Of a DNA stretch of 64,000 bases, positions 60,290 to 64,000 are shown in pieces. The DNA comes from Polyangiales bacterium (GTDB taxonomy: Bacteria; Myxococcota_A; Polyangia; Polyangiales; Ga0077539): NCBI GenBank assembly GCA_044375895.1, contig JBILLV010000012.1:2826-66825 (forward strand). The letters are read 5' to 3'. Position 1 is the first letter of the stretch, and each line of letters starts with the position of its first letter. The position numbers and the translations under genes were made by a program. Below the pieces are notes generated by a model that saw only the letters and a program-made list of their open reading frames with translations, was not told the DNA's origin and made no database searches.

Positions 60290-61558
60290 ATGTCCCCTCC
60301 CCCCGTCCGCGCCTTCACCGTGTTTGCCCTCGCGGTGGTCGCGGCCCTCGCCTGCCGCAAGAAGCCCGCACCCGTGGACCTTCGGCGCGGGAGCGCGGCG
60401 GAGCTGCTGGCGGCGTGCGAGCGCGGCGACGGCAACGCCTGCGACGCCCTCGGCGAGCGCAACGAGCGAGGGACGGGCGTGGTGCGCAACGTCGCGGAGG
60501 CGCGTCGGCTCTACCAGCGGGCCTGCGATCGACGCGCGTTCGCGGGGTGCACGCACCTCGGGTGGATCTACGAATCGGGCGCGGGGGTGACGGCGGACGT
60601 CCCCCGTGCGGTGACGCTCTACCGGCGCGGGTGTGAGGGCGGGCATCCGCGCGGCTGCACCAACCTCGGGTGGCTGATGGAGAACGGCGCGTCCCTCGAG
60701 CGCGACGTGCCGGGCGCCGTGGCCCGCTACGACGCCGCGTGCCGCGCCAACGAGCCCGTCGCGTGCGGCAACCTCGCGCGCCTCGCCCTGGCAGGCAACG
60801 CGGTGCCGGGCGGGGCGCAGGGGGCGAGCGTGTTCCTGTCGAAGGCGTGCGACCTGCGCGAGGGGTCGAGCTGCACCAACCTCGGGTGGCTCTACGAGGA
60901 GGGGACGTCGGTGCCGCGCGACCTCCCGCGGGCGGCGTCTAGCTACCGTCGGGCGTGCGATTTCGCCGACCTCCGCGGCTGCGTCAACCTCGGGTGGCTC
61001 ATGCAGCACGGCGCGGGCGTCCCCACCGATCTCGTCGGCGCCCGCGGCCTCTACGAGAGAGCGTGCACGGGCGAGAACGCGCTCGGCTGCACCAACCTCG
61101 CGGCCCTCTACGACGAAGGCATCGGCGTCGCGGCCGAACCCGCCCGCGCCGCCACCTACTTCGAGCGCGGCTGCACCGGCGAGAACATGCGCGCCTGCGC
61201 CACCCTCGCGGCCATGCTCCAGAACGGCCGCGGCGTGGCGCGCAACCCGGCGCGTGCCCTCGCGCTCGACGAGCGGGCGTGCGCGGGCGGCAACGCGCTC
61301 GCGTGCAACAACGGCGGGTGGCTGGTCAACGAAGCCGCCTCCGGGCTCCCGCGCGAACCCGACCGCGCCCGCGCGTTCTACGCCCGCGGCTGCGAGCTCC
61401 AGAACCCCTCGGCCTGCGTCAACCTCGGCTCGATCTTCCACCACGGCCAGGACGTCCCCGTCGACCGCGCGCGCGCCGACTCGCTCTACGGCATCGCCTG
61501 CGGGCTGGGCTTCGAGACGGGCTGCGCGCTCCTCCGCACGCTCCGCGCGGGGACGTAG
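60290..61558 (+). CDS. Sel1-like repeat (SLR) protein with one Cys pair per repeat (Hcp-like)
   Basis: ATG at 60290. Signal/possible lipobox FALAVVAALAC. About 10.5 tandem 36-aa units of the form AC..G....GC.NLG.LY..G.GV..D...A..LY.R. Confidence 0.85.
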   Translation: MSPPPVRAFTVFALAVVAALACRKKPAPVDLRRGSAAELLAACERGDGNACDALGERNERGTGVVRNVAEARRLYQRACDRRAFAGCTHLGWIYESGAGVTADVPRAVTLYRRGCEGGHPRGCTNLGWLMENGASLERDVPGAVARYDAACRANEPVACGNLARLALAGNAVPGGAQGASVFLSKACDLREGSSCTNLGWLYEEGTSVPRDLPRAASSYRRACDFADLRGCVNLGWLMQHGAGVPTDLVGARGLYERACTGENALGCTNLAALYDEGIGVAAEPARAATYFERGCTGENMRACATLAAMLQNGRGVARNPARALALDERACAGGNALACNNGGWLVNEAASGLPREPDRARAFYARGCELQNPSACVNLGSIFHHGQDVPVDRARADSLYGIACGLGFETGCALLRTLRAGT

Positions 61559-61575
61559 CGAGCCTCCGTCCGCGC

Positions 61576-62802
61576 ATGGCCGACGCCGACCTTCCGCTCT
61601 CGCGCAACCGCGACTTCCTCACCTTCTGGCTCGGCCAGGGGCTCTCGGGGCTCGGCGACTCGTTCGCCACCATCGCCATCCCCCTCCTGGTGCTGCGCGC
61701 CACCGGATCGCTCCATCGCATGGGCCAGCTCACCGCCGCCGTGGGCGTCTCGCTCGTGATGTCGGGCCTCGTCTCGGGAGCGATCGTCGACCGCGTCGAT
61801 CGCCGTCGCCTCATGATCGCGTGTGACCTCGGACGGACGGCGGTGTACGGCCTCGTCCCGCTGGTGTGGTGGCTCCACGGGCCGAGCTACCCGCTGCTCG
61901 TCGCGGTGTCTGTGGTGGGGGCGATGCTCGGCAACGCCTTCCAGGTCGCGGCGATCACGGCGGTGGCGCGGATCGTCCCGCGGGCTCAGCTCATCCAGGC
62001 CAACGGGATGATGCACGGCTCCTACGCGGTGGCCTTCTTCATCGGGCCGATGCTCGCGGGGGTCGTGTGCGAACGGCTCGGGCCCGCGGCGGCGGTGGGC
62101 GTCGACGCAGGATCGTTCCTGGTGTCGGCGGCGTCGGTGGCGGCGGTGCGACGGGGCTTCAACGCCGAGACGCAGAGCGCACGCGGAACGTTGCTCGGCG
62201 ACTTCGTCGAGGGCCTCCGCTTCCTCTGGGCGCACCCCGTACTGCGCGCGACGCTGGTGCTCCTGGCGGCGAGCTCGTTCGTGCTCTCGGGGCGCGACAA
62301 CCTCGTCATCTACCACCTGAAGCGCGACCTCCATCACCCCGACCGCGCCGTCGGGCTCGTCTACGCCCTCGGCAGCCTCGGCGCCCTCACGGGGGCCTTC
62401 TTCGCGCCGCGGCTCCGTTCGCGCTGGGGCTTCGCGGCCTGCTGGCTCACGGCGGGCGTCGCGCTCGGCGGGGCCACCGTCGCCCTCGGCCAGGCGGCGA
62501 CGCTCCCCGTGCTCTGCGCGTGCGTGGCGGTGGGCGGTGGGGCGGAGTCGATCCGCGGCATCAACACCATGACGCTCCGCCAGGAGCTCACGCCCGATCA
62601 CCTCCTCGGGCGCGTGACGGCAGCGTTCTGGGCGATGCTCACCTTCCCCGCGGCCCTCGGCGCCGACCTCAACGCACGCCTCGCCGAGCGCTTCGGCGTC
62701 GCCCCCGTGCTCAGCGCGGCGGGGCTCGCGATCCTCGCGCTGATGGCGGTGGGGTCGCGGAGCTCGATCCGGCACCCGGTCCACGCGACGGGTGATCGCT
62801 GA
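61576..62802 (+). CDS. MFS transporter
   Basis: ATG at 61576. FLTFWLGQGLSGLGDSFATIAIPLLV, DRVDRRRLM (loop 2-3 motif), and about 12 hydrophobic spans. Confidence 0.85.
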   Translation: MADADLPLSRNRDFLTFWLGQGLSGLGDSFATIAIPLLVLRATGSLHRMGQLTAAVGVSLVMSGLVSGAIVDRVDRRRLMIACDLGRTAVYGLVPLVWWLHGPSYPLLVAVSVVGAMLGNAFQVAAITAVARIVPRAQLIQANGMMHGSYAVAFFIGPMLAGVVCERLGPAAAVGVDAGSFLVSAASVAAVRRGFNAETQSARGTLLGDFVEGLRFLWAHPVLRATLVLLAASSFVLSGRDNLVIYHLKRDLHHPDRAVGLVYALGSLGALTGAFFAPRLRSRWGFAACWLTAGVALGGATVALGQAATLPVLCACVAVGGGAESIRGINTMTLRQELTPDHLLGRVTAAFWAMLTFPAALGADLNARLAERFGVAPVLSAAGLAILALMAVGSRSSIRHPVHATGDR

Positions 62803-62833
62803 GGCGACGCGCGGTGGTATCGTCGCCGCGCGC

Positions 62834-64000
62834 ATGGCACCCGCGGTCGATCCAGAGGCCGAGACCGGTGAGACCCGCGTCGTCGCGGGCCGCTATGAGG
62901 TGAGGCGCGCCCTCGGCAGCGGCGGCATGGGCGTGGTCTACGAAGCGGAGAACACCTGGACGCGTCGCCGCGTGGCGCTGAAGGTGCTCCCCGCCGACCG
63001 GGCCGCCGACCCGATGGTGGTCGAGCGCTTCATGCGGGAGGCGCGCACCACCGCGTCGCTGCGCCACCCCAACGTCGTCGACGTCCTCGACATGGGCCAG
63101 GACCCCGCCGACGGCTCCCTCTTCATCGTGCAGGAACTTCTCCAGGGCGAAGACCTCCGCGCCTACCTCGAGCGCGAAGGGCCGGTGGACGAGCGACGCG
63201 CCCGCGAGCTCATCGTCCCCGCGCTCCGCGGCCTCGCAGCAGCCCACGCGGCGGGCATCGTGCACCGCGACATCAAGCCGGCCAACCTCTTCCTCGCGCG
63301 CGGCCCCGAGGGAGAGATGGTGATCAAGGTGATCGACTTCGGCATCGCCCGCGAGGCCACCACCGACGCCCGCCACCGCACCGAGACCGGCGTCACCATC
63401 GGGACGCCCGCGTACATGGCCCCCGAGCAGCTCCGCGCGCAGAAGGACGTCGGCCCGGCGGCGGACGTGTGGTCGGTGGGGGTGGTTCTCCACGAGTTGC
63501 TGACGGGCGACACGCCGTACCCGTCGGACAACTACAACGTCCTCGTTCATCGCGTGCTGTCGGGCGAGGCCCCGCCTCTCGACGTGACGCTCCGCGCGGC
63601 GCCGACGCTGCGCCCCATCATCGCCCGCTGCCTCGCGCACGACCCCGCCGCCCGCTACCCCGACGCCGCCGCGCTCCTCGCCGCGCTGCGCGTCGAGCCC
63701 GTCGAGACGCCTCGCCCACCTGCACCCGTGGTCGCACCGGTGGAGACGCCGCGGCGCGCGTGGCCCCTCGCGGCGGCCGTGGCGGCGGTGGCGCTGACGA
63801 CGCTCGCGGTGGCGTTCACAGTGACGCGCCGGCCCGCGCCGACGGTGACGCCCGTGGCCGTGCTGCGCGCTCCCGTGTTGCCCGACGCGGCGGTGGTGGC
63901 GGCGCCCGATGCGATGGCGGCGGTGCAGGCGCCGACGGTGCCCGACGCCGCGGTGGACGCGGGCGTGACGGAAGCGCCGCGCGGGGTCGTGGCGCACGGT
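62834..64000 (+). CDS. Ser/Thr protein kinase (3' end beyond the window)
   Basis: Absent from the track because there is no stop. Own translation from ATG 62834: MAPAVDPEAETGETRVVAGRYEVRRALGSGGMGVVYEAE...VALKVL...HRDIKPANLFL...DFGIAR...GTPAYMAPEQ, then a Pro/Ala-rich region with a TM (WPLAAAVAAVALTTLAVAF). Confidence 0.88.
   Translation, partial: MAPAVDPEAETGETRVVAGRYEVRRALGSGGMGVVYEAENTWTRRRVALKVLPADRAADPMVVERFMREARTTASLRHPNVVDVLDMGQDPADGSLFIVQELLQGEDLRAYLEREGPVDERRARELIVPALRGLAAAHAAGIVHRDIKPANLFLARGPEGEMVIKVIDFGIAREATTDARHRTETGVTIGTPAYMAPEQLRAQKDVGPAADVWSVGVVLHELLTGDTPYPSDNYNVLVHRVLSGEAPPLDVTLRAAPTLRPIIARCLAHDPAARYPDAAALLAALRVEPVETPRPPAPVVAPVETPRRAWPLAAAVAAVALTTLAVAFTVTRRPAPTVTPVAVLRAPVLPDAAVVAAPDAMAAVQAPTVPDAAVDAGVTEAPRGVVAHG

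Noticed and set aside
62711-63997. A 428-aa minus-strand ORF.
   Set aside because: It is antisense to a plus-strand Ser/Thr kinase with all Hanks motifs. That kinase is missing from the track only because it has no stop inside the window.
1-64000. I searched by eye for tRNA/rRNA genes, CRISPR arrays, transposases/integrases, inverted terminal repeats or prophage genes.
   Set aside because: None was found. The only non-coding gaps above 150 nt (924-1087, 23045-23518, 35872-36052) show no tRNA-like or repeat-spacer structure. The window looks like core chromosome rather than a mobile island.

Overview
The window is very GC-rich (by eye about 70% or more; not computed), densely coding chromosomal DNA. 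It most likely comes from a member of the Myxococcota. The evidence is three proteins ending in MYXO-CTERM-like sorting tags, three Hanks-type Ser/Thr kinases, a PEGA-domain kinase and a 3,995-aa TPR protein.

I support about 46 CDSs. I found no tRNA, rRNA, CRISPR array, transposase or integrase. Most long ORFs in the six-frame track are GC-driven shadow ORFs antisense to real genes. The extreme case is a 3,966-aa ORF that mirrors the giant TPR gene codon for codon.

Gene order:
- 1-3359: an ECF sigma/ZAS anti-sigma pair, divergent from a cytochrome c lipoprotein / Cys-rich lipoprotein / FGE-like operon.
- 3331-23044: a minus-strand block of about 19.7 kb. It starts with the giant TPR gene and is followed by an 8-gene translationally coupled operon: class IV aminotransferase, TerB-like membrane protein, HExxH+vWA protein, radical SAM enzyme, an aminotransferase-fold protein without the PLP lysine, and three ORFans.
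- 23519-32367: a plus-strand operon of ddl, an ORFan, a UDPGP-type nucleotidyltransferase, a GAF-GspE ATPase, a CDP-alcohol phosphatidyltransferase fusion, GT4 and GT2. A convergent PAP2 phosphatase follows.
- 33181-47708: a minus-strand run of PEGA Ser/Thr kinase, phosphodiester-glycosidase-like protein, VanY-type peptidase (29-proline tract plus MYXO-CTERM), hybrid histidine kinase, CFA-synthase-like methyltransferase, glk, a 13-heme cytochrome, a predicted outer-membrane barrel and a QEGLA-motif protein.
- 47763-64000: DUF72, a kinase, MYXO-CTERM cargo proteins, a TatT/DctP pair, grpE-dnaK, two unknown secreted proteins, a Sel1/Hcp-like repeat protein, an MFS transporter and a partial kinase.

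The best candidate for an undescribed system is the 3331-11025 operon. Second-tier candidates are the barrel + 13-heme cytochrome module and the glyco/phospho-lipid-type operon with an embedded GAF-GspE ATPase.

All family calls rest on motifs read by eye. No database search was run, and many start codons are uncertain by tens of nucleotides.
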